A program made the position numbers and the translations under genes. Below, one piece after another: positions 12,853-24,562 of a DNA stretch of 64,000 nt. The notes under the pieces are model-generated. The model saw only the letters and a list, made by a program, of their open reading frames with translations, was not told where the DNA came from and ran no database searches. This DNA is from Octopus vulgaris (Eukaryota): the NCBI GenBank assembly GCA_951406725.2, contig OX597819.1, positions 82,522,001-82,586,000 on the forward strand. Direction: 5' to 3'. Numbering within the stretch: the stretch's first letter is position 1; each line of letters starts with the position of its first letter.

Positions 12853-13536
12853 ATTTTGAGTTCCTGATATTAAAAGCAGTAATGGTAATGTATTAATTCC
12901 ATTAAACCCTGTTCTGTTGCCTTTGATGAAATACTTCAAACAATTTATTTGTATTGCATGCATCAAGATGTTTGTCTGAAATGTTTAGCTTATGTGTTTC
13001 AGCTTTTATGTAATTACATAATTTATAATTTGCTTGCAAATATCTTGTTGTCAAGTTAATTATAGTGTGGTTAATTCTCAATTATATTCATGTACACTGA
13101 TTCAAGTATTGATATTTTTGAGTTTGGATTATGTATTATTATTCTATTAGAAATATTTCACCATTAGCTTTACACTTTCCCCAGTATTTTATTATTGAAA
13201 TCAACATGTGTTTGTGTATTGCTTTTTTCTTTTTTTTATCTTACAATAAGTCTTGAATGTGAGCTATAGGAAATGTAAGCTGTGAATGTATATAAATTGT
13301 GTGAAATATATGCAATGAATATGTATTAATTAAATGTTGGCTTTAACTGTTTTGTATGGAATGTTGGCCATGCATGCATGTAACCTAAAATGTAGATTTG
13401 GATCATTACATTCAACAAACATACTTCTAGCCCATGAATATATTGGCTGTTTTCATGATATTCGTTGACAAATTCATATTCTGCACAGTCAGTTTCCATT
13501 GTTGCTATAACAGCTTTTTATTTCCTGAATATGCTA

Positions 13537-13990
13537 CATGTGTGGCTGTGTGGTTAAGAAGCTTGCATCTCAATCATGCGGTGTTAGGTTCAGTTCTACC
13601 ATGCAACACCTTGGGCATGTGTCTTTTTAATATAGCCTCAGGCCAGGCCAATCAAAACCTTACAAGTGGATTTAGTAGACAGAAATTGAAAGAAACAATG
13701 AGTGTGTGTGTGTGTGTGTGTATTTTTGTTTAGACATTATGTGATGGCTGTAAATGATCATCACTGTTATACAAGTGTGGTTGTTCATTTCCAGTCTTCC
13801 ATGAAAAATATTCCTGGCAATGGGGAAATATTACCTTACTTGGAAGCAGGTGGGGCATTCAGTGAGAGGAAAGGCATTGAGTTGTAGAAAATGTGTCTTG
13901 GCAAATTCTTTCTGACCCATGCAAGCAAAGAAAAGTAGACATTAAAAGATGATAATGATGATGATGATGATGATGATAATGATGATGATA
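13537..13990 (+). mobile_element. SINE family A head with RTE-type (TGA)n tail (variant B), near full length
   Basis: tRNA-like head (gtggctgtgtggttaagaagcttg...ggttcagttc), central (TG)n, and tail tgacccatgcaagcaaagaaaagtagacattaaaagatgataatgatg. Confidence 0.7.
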
Positions 13991-15159
13991 ACAGTGGTGG
14001 TGGGCTGTTTTGTATACATTTTTTGTACCATCTCTATGTTCAAATGAACAAATGCAATATTTTTCTTAGATAATTATATTTGCTAATCTTAAAACAAATT
14101 GCCTGGCAAAACAATTTACTTTGAAGAAATAAACTTAAATATACTACATAAATAAAAATAGAAACAGATACAATAAGTTTAATATTATTAAAAATAAATA
14201 AATAAATGCATATTTTTCACTTTCAACACTTATTTTTCTCAGTATTCAGAATCTCTAAGCAGTTAATTTAAATAACTTAATCTGATTTTTATAATGTGTA
14301 TGCTTGTATATGTCTTGAGGTGTATATGTGTGTGTTCAGAAGTGTATGTGTGTACCGTTTTGTTTTTACATTTTTATGTCAATATAATTGGAAAGGTGTT
14401 TGGAAAATTTCATCATAATGTATATCATCATTGTCATCATTTAGTGTTCACTTTTTCATGCCTACATGGGTCAGATGAAATTTTGGGGGGTAGATTTTTC
14501 TACAGCTAGATGCCCTTCCTGTTGCCAACTCTCACCTGTTTCCAAGCAAGTTAATATTTTCTCATAATTAGACATTTTTTATTTTCATCGGAGACTGGAA
14601 ATTAATAGCCTCACTTGTATAACAATGATGCTCATTCACCGCCACATGATGTCTAGGCAAGGGTATTCACCCACCTCATGCTCACACACATGCATACATA
14701 CTACACACACACATATATACATATGTATGCTTGTATGTTTATATATACTAACCAACCCAATAGCAATGTCTCGGTACCAAAGAACATAACTCTTAACTTA
14801 ATCCACTACTCATTTCGTTTCATCATCTTCACCACCAACAATAGAGAGCAGTTAGCAAATTTAATTCCATATCGGCCACTTTTCATGACCGTAGGGGTAT
14901 ATAACTGGATTGTTACCTAACACTCCATTGTACTCCTAGCATGAAACCGATTGGTAAGATCAGCCCTGATGGATATACAATACTCTACACTTCAGATATA
15001 TATATATTGTAAAGAATTTTGTCGAAGAGATTTTTACCACATTGTAAGTTATAATGGAAAAATATATAACAAAAGAAGGAAAATGCACACAATTTATATA
15101 TTTTTAATGTATTTTATAAGATAGGATATTCTGTTTACATCTCGTTCGGAGATTTATTG

Positions 15160-15435
15160 ATATTATGATAGTCTACCGGTTTCACATTTTGCTAATCATG
15201 ATTGGAAAGTTGGTGAAGTTGTTGCTATTTTGTAGTATTTTATGGAGTTTTTAGTCCATGTTCTTTGTATGAGAGTTTGTTTGTAAATGAACCTGCATGT
15301 ATTTATTTACAAACAAACTCTCATACCAAAAACATGGACTAAAGAAACTCCATAAAATACTACAAAATTGCAATATCTTCACCAATTTTCCAGTCATAAT
15401 TAGCAAAATATGAAACCAGTGGACTATCATAATAT
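15160..15435. repeat. Fold-back inverted duplication (about 130-bp arms) of a Penelope-like pLTR fragment with degenerate hammerhead
   Basis: 15160-15288 is the reverse complement of 15305-15435 with scattered mismatches. Arm consensus: agtc aTGATtA gcaaaatgt GAAA ccgg TA gact. Confidence 0.7.
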
Positions 15436-18358
15436 TCTATACACACACACACACACACACACACACAACAGGCTTCTTTCAGTTTTTGTCTACCAAATCT
15501 ACTCACAAGGTTTTGGTCAGCTTGAGGCCATTACAGAAGATACTGGTTCAAGGTTCCTGACACTAGAACTAAATGCAAGACCTCATCGTTGGGAAGCAAG
15601 CTTCTTCACCACACAGTTTCTCAACCATATTTGTGCCTATTCAATATATATATATATATATGTTTTAAAAAATGCTTTTACAAATGAATATTCTCTACAA
15701 TGCAAATCAACCAATACATCATGTATAGAAATTGCTATCATTTCTCAGCCAGGCAAAGCAAAAAGAATGCTTTTTGCCAAGGTGCAAAATATGGTGGCTT
15801 CATCAATCAAGTTTAAGCTCAGAGCCTTGTAGAACTTAGTAGAGCCCAGTCCATTTAGCTGTAACAAAGTATTGCTGGCTGGTATAAATTTACTGTGAGA
15901 ACTTCATAAAATAACTAGGTTTCAAATGTTGAGCTTAATTTCATTTCATCTGCTGAAAAATTATCTGTAATGGTGTAACACACTTCTCAGGAGAAACTCA
16001 TTATTTCTCACCTACTTAGTGCAATGGATGTAAACAGAAACTTCATAAAATATAGGGGTTTGTGAAATGACAGAACCAGAATTTTATGAAATGATGTATC
16101 ATAATTTTTTATTTCAAAATATAACTTCTGTAAGATGAATTACAACCTAACACTGAAAATGTTATTTTTTGCCAAATATTAACAGAACGTACATTTTAAT
16201 ACATACACATATACATATATGAGATACATGTGGAAATGTACATAGCAATACATTAAAATGTTTATAAATTCCATTCATGGATTATTATTACTATATGTAT
16301 ATATATATATTTCAATCTAATAATCCTTTAACACATTATTCCTTGGTTTTTGTAAACATTTTAACAACATGTTTAGACAAAAATTATATTCCAATTTAAT
16401 TATTTTTGAAAAATATTTACTGAATTTTCCCTATAATTATAAAATTTCTCTTTCTTTGAAACCCGGAAAATCAAATACAATTTGATGTGGAAAGAAAGGA
16501 TTTTAATAAAAATATTGACAAGCGTATAATTTAAAATGAGTAAATCACATTTCCTACTTCAAAATGGTCTTGTAGAAATATTAGAAATAGAATTATTTCT
16601 CTCCTTATTCAGGATCTTTTATTTCTCCCTTTAATTTTATTCTTATTTAATACGTTTATTTGAAAGATATTATTGTCTTATATTAAAATGCTAACACAAA
16701 TTTTATCATTATAATCTTTCATCTCTCAAGAAACTGCTGGGAAAAAGTTGTCTCTTGACAATATATTAGATATGAAATAATATCAATTTAGTCTGAAGTT
16801 TCTTTTTGTAGCTTTTATTTTCCATTTACCTGGTAGTTTGAGAAGAAGAGAACTTGCCTAAAAAATATTTATTAAGCTATTTGTTAAATTGCATTTGTCT
16901 ATTTACATATTATTTAAATGCCATTCATTATTATATTTTGTTCTGCTGATAAAATGACGTCTGGCTTCATTTTAACTTCACTTATTATTGGCAATTTCAC
17001 TAGTGGCAGTAATTATAGATTATAAACAGTAAACCTTATGTTTTAAACTAGAACCAATAAACAGAATCTAATGCAAATTTTACAACATTGTAAAATTCAT
17101 AAAATTGTGTATGTAATTTATATTAAGTTTTTTATATATATATATATATATTTTACTTTGTCTTGAGAAATAAGCTAGCCATATGTCTGTTATTAATGTT
17201 GTTCAATACTTGAGGGGGAGTTACTAAGTAGTTTAAGAAGTGAAGTACATAGCTATTTCAAAAATCATATCAACACTATCATCTGCTCTTAAGCAGAAAT
17301 GAGACAATTGGGCTCAGCTGTTAGGATGCTGATGATTTGACAGGGCTGACAGAACGTTCAGCCTGTTTTGGCGACAGTATGTTTTGGTACTGGCAGGCAA
17401 ACACACACACACACACACACACATACACACACACATGTATGCAAAAATGTATGTCAAGATAGAGTTTGTGTGTGTGATTGTGTGTGAGAGAGAAGGAGAG
17501 CAAGACATTATACAAACATACAAACACAACTAGATACTCACACACATAAACAGAGAGTCAGAAAGACAGGGGTGAGAAGAATGAGAGATGAACATTAAAA
17601 CGATAAACATTGAACCACCTGATGCCAAATAAGTCAATGTAGAATCAGTAATGCCAAACAGACAGCACCAAAACATCTCATACACCTCCGCCTCCTTTCT
17701 TAGGCAAAGCACAGTACTTCAATTACTTCAGTGAACCAATCTATTTTTGTAAAAAATTACTACTCTTAACTTCATACTAGCGTGTTTAACACGAGTTCCA
17801 TTCTCATTCTTCAGTCCAAAATGTTTGCTCCTTGAATCCACAAAACTGAAGTACCTATGCCACTGGCACAAATAATATCAATTTTTTTCCTTCTTTCCTT
17901 TTTTGCTTTTTCTACAAAAATTTATATTCTCTATTAATGCAAATAAGTCTTTGAATTTTGAAGTATTAACTAGATTAAATAGAATTAATAATTATTTCCT
18001 ATATAAGTATATATAATTGAAGAAATATTGTGATAATGTTTTAAATTTTTTAATTGCTTAGCAGAGAGACACCATAATTTTCTCATAATCAGTTATATAT
18101 TTTTCTTTCCAAAGTAAACATTACAGTACGGTATAGTTTAAGGTAATGCAGTGTGTGTGCACATCTGTGTATATGACATTTATGCAAAAATGTACACAAA
18201 CACACCTTCTATCTCTACCTTTACAACTCTTTTACATAGTGAGATAATGTTTATCATTTATCTTTTACTTGTTTCAGTCATTGGAGAGCAGCCATATTAG
18301 GGCACCACCTTGTATATGTATATGTATGTATGTATGTACTTTTTTATGTACATATGTA

Positions 18359-18395
<37 letters not shown>

Positions 18396-18480
18396 ATGCA
18401 TGTTTGTGTGTTACTGTCACCTTTCTTTGACTTCACATGATAGTTGTAAAGTGCTACATTCATGCAAGATAGTCTGTTTC

Positions 18481-18804
18481 TGATCTTTCTGAGTTTTGCC
18501 CATAGCATCATCATCATCAAAGGCCTACTAAGTCTTTTGGGGGGTTTGGGCATGAGTATCCCCAAACTTTTGACAAAATTTGATGCAATATCTCCTCTTG
18601 ATGTATTCGGTGAAAACAAAAATCTGATAAACCTGCACTACATATCTGTACTCTATAGCGGCTGGGAACTCCTGTGGCTTTACCAATGCAAGAATTTTCA
18701 CACATGTGCAGAGAGGATGGTATCACCTCCCATCCAAATGATTTTGCCCCATAGCATTTTTTCGGCTGGAAAAATAAAGTTGAATACTTTTTGAATGCAC
18801 CTCA
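18481..18804 (-). mobile_element. mariner left-end fragment (same family as 21467-22684)
   Basis: Ends ...ttttgaatgcacctca|TA. The reverse strand carries the start of the transposase (IKFCQKFG...DDDAMGK-like sequence). Confidence 0.7.
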
Positions 18805-20501
18805 TACATACATGCATACATACTTATACACACACACATACACATGTAAGTATGTATGTATGCATGTATGTGTGTTACATGTGAACATATCTGATCATCA
18901 GGAAATTATATCTTGCATGGACACAGGTGAGGTTTGGTAACAGGAAGAGCATCCAGCTGTAGAAAATCCACTTCAGTAAATTCTGCTTGACCCCTGCAAG
19001 CATAGAAAAGCAGACCAATGTACTTCCATGTATGGCAATTGTTTCTTACATAGGCATAAGGCCTGAAATTTATGGGCAGGGGTTTAGTTGATTGCATCAA
19101 TCCCCTGTACTTAACTGGTATTTTATATTATTGCTTGCTGCTGGAGGGATGAAAGGATAAGTTGACATCAACAAGCTTTGAACTCAGAGCATCATCATCC
19201 TCATCATCATCCCCCTCATCATCCTTTAACGTCCATTTTGCAAGCTGGCATGGGTTGGACGGTTTGACTAGAGCTGGTAAGCAGGTTCCAGTCTTATTTG
19301 GCTTGGTCTCTACAGCTGGATGCCCTTCATAGCACCAACCACTTTACAGAGTGTGCTGGGTGCTTTTTACATGACACCAGCACAGGTACTTTTATGTGGC
19401 ACTGGCACGAGTTCTATTACATGGCATGGGAGCCAAAATAAACCAAAATCAGCTTAGAAATTCTTAAGACATCAACAACACAGTTCATGCTGGTACAAAT
19501 ACAGTTTCTAAACTAGATAGAGAAATTCAAAAGATTGTTTTGGTACAATGGCAGAACACCTATCATGACTACAGGAGGTGTGAGTTCATGGGCAGACTTT
19601 GTCTTTTCCCACCCAAAAAAGGGGTTTCAAACCAATATTTATATGGTATTATCTATAGAATTTTGTGTGGACTTTAAGATATTTCAAGAAAGAATTACAC
19701 ATAATAGTAGCAATAATTGCATCCAATTTAGGTACATGGCCAACAATTTGAGGAGAGGGGATTAGTTGATTACATCAACCCCTAGAACTTAGCGAGTATT
19801 TTATTGATGTTGAAAGGATGGAAGTCACAGTTGACTATAGCAGGATTTGAACACAAAAATGTTGCAAGGCATTTTGTCCAATGCTGTAATGATTTTTACC
19901 AATAAATTTCTCATATTAAAACAAAGCTAAAAACTTGCAGAGAAAGAGAAATGATTAATGCTTTATAATTATTTTAGAAACTCCACAAGGGGATGAGGGT
20001 GGAAAAGATAAAATAAGATGGTAATTTTAGAGAGGTTTGATCTCAGAATTTAAGCCTTCTAGTATTTCTGTCGCTACAAAACATCATCATCATCATCAGT
20101 TTACGTTCACTTTTCTATGCTTACCCAGGTTTGATGGAATTTGTTGTGGCTGTTTTTCTACTGCCAGATGCCCTTCCTCTTAGCAAACTTCATTTGTTTC
20201 TAAGCAAGGTAATATTTCCTCCATGACCAGACATGTTTTCATGAAGGATTGGAAAGAGATAACCTTGCATGAAGGTGGCACTCTACAACTATTATGTGAA
20301 GTCAAGAAATGGTGACAGTTACATGCATACACACACACATGCATGGTCCTGGCAGGGTATAAAGGTAGGGTATTTCCAGAGAAGCATTTAGCCAAAGTTC
20401 AGTGCTATCAATACTGTCAGATTCCAGATTAATACCGAAATATATATATATAGTCCCACTCATGCCAGCATGGAAGGCAGACATTAATGATGATGATATA
20501 T

Positions 20502-20561
<60 letters not shown>

Positions 20562-20635
20562 GCAGAGATATATATATAGATATATATATCATATATACAT
20601 ACATATATATATAAATATACATACATATACATATA

Positions 20636-21464
20636 TCATCATCATTTAACGTCCACTTTCTATGCTGGCACGGGTTGGATGGTTTGACTGAAAACTGGTA
20701 AGCCGGAGGGCTGCACTAGGTTCCGATCTGATTTGGCAAGGCTTCTATGGCTGGATACCCTTCGTAATGCCAACCACTCCGAGAGTGTAGTGGGTATTTT
20801 TTACATGCCTCCAGTACGGGTGCCATTGATCTGACTATGGCCTCACTTGGTTTGATAGGTTTACACAAGCATTGTATATTGCCAAAGGTCTTGGTCACCT
20901 GTCACCACCTCGATGAAGCCCAGTGCTCGAACAGTGCTTTTTATGTGCCGCCGGCATGAGTGCCAGTCAGACAGCACTAGTATGGTTCAACAAGTCTTCA
21001 CAAGCACAGCATATTGCCTAATGATTGAAGATTACTTTTAACAGGCCACTTACACAACACTGACATTGGCCATAACTTCATGACTAAGATCTCAGTTGGC
21101 TTGACAGGATCTTCTCAAGCACACTATACCTCTAAAGGTCTCGGCTGTTTGTCATTGCCTCTGTGAGGCCCAGCATTCAAAGATCGTACTTCACCACCTC
21201 ATTCCATGTCTTCCTGGGTCTACCTCTTCCACCGGTTCCCTCCGCTATTAAAGTGTGACACTTCTTCACACAGCTGTCCTCATTGATATGCATCACTTGA
21301 CCATACCAGTGCAGTCGTCTCTTGCACACCACATCTGATGCTTCTTATGTCCAACTTTTCTCTCAAGATACTTACACTGTTGTGCATGCACACTGACATT
21401 ATCCATCCAGCAGAGCATACTTGCCTCTTTTCTTACAAGCTTATGCATGTCCTTGGCAGTCATG
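20636..21464 (-). mobile_element. 5'-truncated RTE-clade LINE: ORF2 C-terminus, 3' UTR and (TGA)n tail
   Basis: Minus-strand translation of 21181-21460: KEASMLCWM, LREKLDIRSI, RLHWYGQVMHINEDSCVKKC, EGTGGRGRPRKTWNEVVKYD, the typical RTE C-terminal RLRWxGHV and GRGRPRKTW motifs. Contiguous with the abundant gtggacgttaaatgatgatg 3' end. Confidence 0.85.
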
Positions 21465-21466
21465 TA

Positions 21467-22684
21467 TGAGGTGCATTCGTGCATTCAAAAAAGATCTGTC
21501 TTTAATTTTTCCTGCCAAACTAATGTCACTCATGCAAATTCCTTTGAGAGAGAGGTGACACCACCCATATGCATGAAAGTTTTTGTGCTGGTAGCCCACG
21601 TCAGTCCTCAGCTGTTATGCCTAGAGTACAGATGTGTAGTGTGGAGGCGCAATGGCCCAGTGGTTAGGGCAGCGGACTCGCGGTCGTAGGATCGCAGTTT
21701 CGATTCCCAGACCGGGCATTGTGAGTGTTTATTGAGCAAAAAAACCTAAAGCTCCACAAGGCTCCGGCAGGGGGTGGTGGTGAATCCTGCAGTACACTTT
21801 CACCACAACTTTCTCTCACTCTTTCTTCCTGTTTCTGTTGTACCTGTATTTCAAAGGGCCAGTATTGTCACACTCTGTGTCACGCTGAATCTCCTCGAGA
21901 ACTACGTTAAGGGTACACGTGTCTGTGGAGTGCTCGGCCACTTGCATGTTAATAAATGAGCTGTGAAGTCAATGGTGCCAAGCTGCATCGGCCTTTGGAT
22001 AACATCAGTGATGTGGAGAGGGGAGGCTGGTATGTGTGGGCGACTGCTGATCTTCCATAAACAACCTTGCCCAGATTTGTACCTCGGAGGGTAACTTTCT
22101 GGGTGCAATTCCATGGTCATTCATGACCAAAGGAGGTCACAGATGTGTAGTGCATGCTTGTCAGATTTTCATTTCCACAGAACACATTAAACAGAGACAT
22201 TGCATCAAGTTTTGCCAAAAGCTCAAACCATCCAGAAAACTCAGCAGGCTTTTGGCTATGATGCCATGGGCAAATCTCAGATCAAGGAATGGTACAACCA
22301 TTTCAAATATGGCTGCACCTTGTCCTCCAAGGTGCTGGAGGAACAGCATAAGCAACTCAGCATGGAAATTGCTCCAGATATGCTTGACTGTGCAAGCCAT
22401 AATTCAAATTTCATGAAGACCAACAGCACTGATGATGAAACATGAGTTTATGGTGTCTGCTCTATGTGTTTAGACATCTTGCATTAAAATGAAAACCCAG
22501 CAAGTGTGCACTACACATCTATAAACTAGGCGAAACAGCCAGAAACTGACAAGGCTTACTGGCATGAAAATTTTCATGCTTGCACAAGGAGAGTGGTGTC
22601 ACCTTCCACCCAAAAAATTTTGGCCACATGGCATTAATTTTGGCAGGAAAAATTAAAGTCAGATGCTTTTTTGAATGCACTTTG
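21467..22684 (+). mobile_element. Internally deleted mariner element with long TIRs, interrupted by a SINE
   Basis: TA|TGAGGTGCATTC...GAATGCACTTTG|TA with imperfect TIRs of roughly 190 bp. Transposase remnants QRHCIKFCQKL, QQAFGYDAMGKSQIKEWYNHFK and FMKTNSTDDET*VYG (TGDETWVY motif). Confidence 0.85.
21642..22138 (+). mobile_element. Young full-length tRNA-derived SINE with 14-bp TSD
   Basis: Box A TGGCCCAGTGG, box B GTTTCGATTCC, many intact CpGs. Flanked by the exact direct repeat ACAGATGTGTAGTG at 21628-21641 and 22139-22152. Confidence 0.85.
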
Positions 22685-22689
22685 TATAT

Positions 22690-23052
22690 ATACTCTTTAC
22701 TCTTTTTACTCTTTTACTTGTTTCAGTCATTTTGACTGCAGCCATGCTGGAGCACCACCTTTAGTCCAGCAAATCAACCCCAGGACTTATTCTTTGTAAG
22801 CCTAGTACTTATTCTATCGGTTGTCAAGCGATGTTGTGGGGACCCACACAGAAACCCTAACATATACACACACATACATATATATATACATACACATATA
22901 CAACAGGCTTCTTTCAGTTTCTGTCTACCAAATCCACTCACAAGGCTTTGGTTGGCCCGAGGTTATAGTAGAAGACACTTGCCCAAGGTGCCACGCAGTG
23001 GGACTGAGCCCGGAACCATGTGGTTTGTAAGCAAGCTACTTACCACACAGCC
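22690..23052 (-). mobile_element. SINE family A copy
   Basis: Reverse complement of the 29515 copy with an internal deletion. Confidence 0.8.
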
Positions 23053-23172
23053 ATATATATATATATATATATCAGACTGGAGCCTGGTGCAGGCTTCCTA
23101 GACCCCGGTCGAACTGGCCAACCCATGGAAAATGGACATTAAACGATGATGATGATGATAATGGTGATGATA

Positions 23173-23228
<56 letters not shown>

Positions 23229-23229
<1 letters not shown>

Positions 23230-23397
23230 CCAATCCAAATATGAACAAGCAAGAAAAAACAACAACCTGAGGACATGGAATAAGTATAGTGTTATTGGAT
23301 GCTCAGGAAAGGAAAGAAAAGAAAGATGATTTCATGTTTCGAGTGGAGCTCTTCATCAGAAATATAGAAAAAGTCCAAAGAAAGGAAGACGGAAAAA

Positions 23398-23400
<3 letters not shown>
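23229..23400 (-). mobile_element. Penelope-like pLTR fragment between (TA)n tracts
   Basis: About 170 bp of unique sequence bounded on both sides by (TA)n, containing a minimal hammerhead motif. Confidence 0.55.
23328..23363 (-). ncRNA. Minimal type I hammerhead ribozyme motif (decayed at stem III/cleavage site)
   Basis: Minus strand attt CTGATGA a gag ctcca ctc GAAA catg aaat. Stem II gag/ctc, stem I attt/aaat. ACAT is probably CpG-decayed ACGT. Confidence 0.55.
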
Positions 23401-23433
<33 letters not shown>

Positions 23434-23804
23434 GATGACTTCCACACAGTTTCTGTCTGCCAAATCCACTTACAATGCTTTGGCCTGCCCAGTGACTCAA
23501 TATGCCATGCAGTGGGACTGAACCCAACACTATGTGATTGGAAAGCAAACTGCTTACAACATAGCTATGTTTGCATCTATACTGGGGGAAAATATCAAAA
23601 TTTCATTTATAGTCTGTTGATTAGCAGATTGTTGTGTTAACTGGATGTCAGCCAACAAGTTTGAAGAATTTATGGTTTGTATCCTATCAGCAAAGCACTT
23701 ATTGTCTTCCACTAAGTAATATAAGGAAGTACTACATTCTATTATGAGTTGTTAGAACACTAATTGCTTCATTAATTTGCAATATTGGACAAATAGAAAG
23801 AGGT

Positions 23805-24562
23805 TGTTAAAATGCTTGCTTTGCAACCATGTGGTTTCAAGTTCAGTTGCACTGCACAGTACCTTGGGCAAGTGTCTTCTACTATAGCACTGGGCTGGCC
23901 CAATACATAGTGAGTGAATTTGGTAGATGAGAACTCAGAAAAGCCTGTCATACATATTTACTAGCAGTATCGCCCGGCATTGCTCAGGTTTGTTTCGACC
24001 CTTTAGAATTGGAATTTTTGAAAAGTAAAAATTTTACATTATGTAGCTTGTTATTCTCTTAAAGTGAACATTTTTCTGGTTGAAATACACCGAAAAATGA
24101 CAACACAGCAGTCAAAAAATCATAAAAAATAGGGATTTTCATAGAAAAAAAGCACCTTTTTGATGTAAATAATTTTTGGTGTTAATATGGTCCGATTTGA
24201 ATGAAGAGCAAGCCTTCTTCTATCATACTCTCAATTTTTGTCAACTTGCACTGCAGAGTCTCGGAGGAGATAGTGTTAGTTGAAGGCTACCAAACCTGCC
24301 ATACACAGACAACTTCAGCTTTATATATAGAGAGATTTATGTATGTGTGTGGGTGTGTGTTTGTGTGTGTGTGTCTTCTACTCCTTGACAACCGATGTTA
24401 GTTTATTGTCACCTCTGTAACTTAGTTCTGCAAAGATGACCAATAGTATAAGTACCAAATTTAAAAGAATTGAGAGCTGGAGCCAATTTGTTTGACTAAA
24501 TTTGAATCGGTGCCCCAGCATGGCCACAGTTCAGTGACTAAAACTAATAAAAAATAAAAGAT
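23805..24562 (+). mobile_element. SINE family A copy split by a Helitron
   Basis: Head at 23805-23955 and tail at 24340-24562 match the two halves of family A. Confidence 0.7.
23961..24335 (-). mobile_element. Non-autonomous Helitron
   Basis: Minus strand a|TCTCTCTATATATAAAGCTG ... cctgagcaatgccgggcgatactgCTAG|t. Subterminal hairpin, A/T insertion site. Confidence 0.75.

Noticed and set aside
21642-21720. tRNA-like sequence with A and B boxes
   Set aside because: It is the head of a TSD-flanked SINE and has no proper acceptor stem, so it is not called as a tRNA gene.
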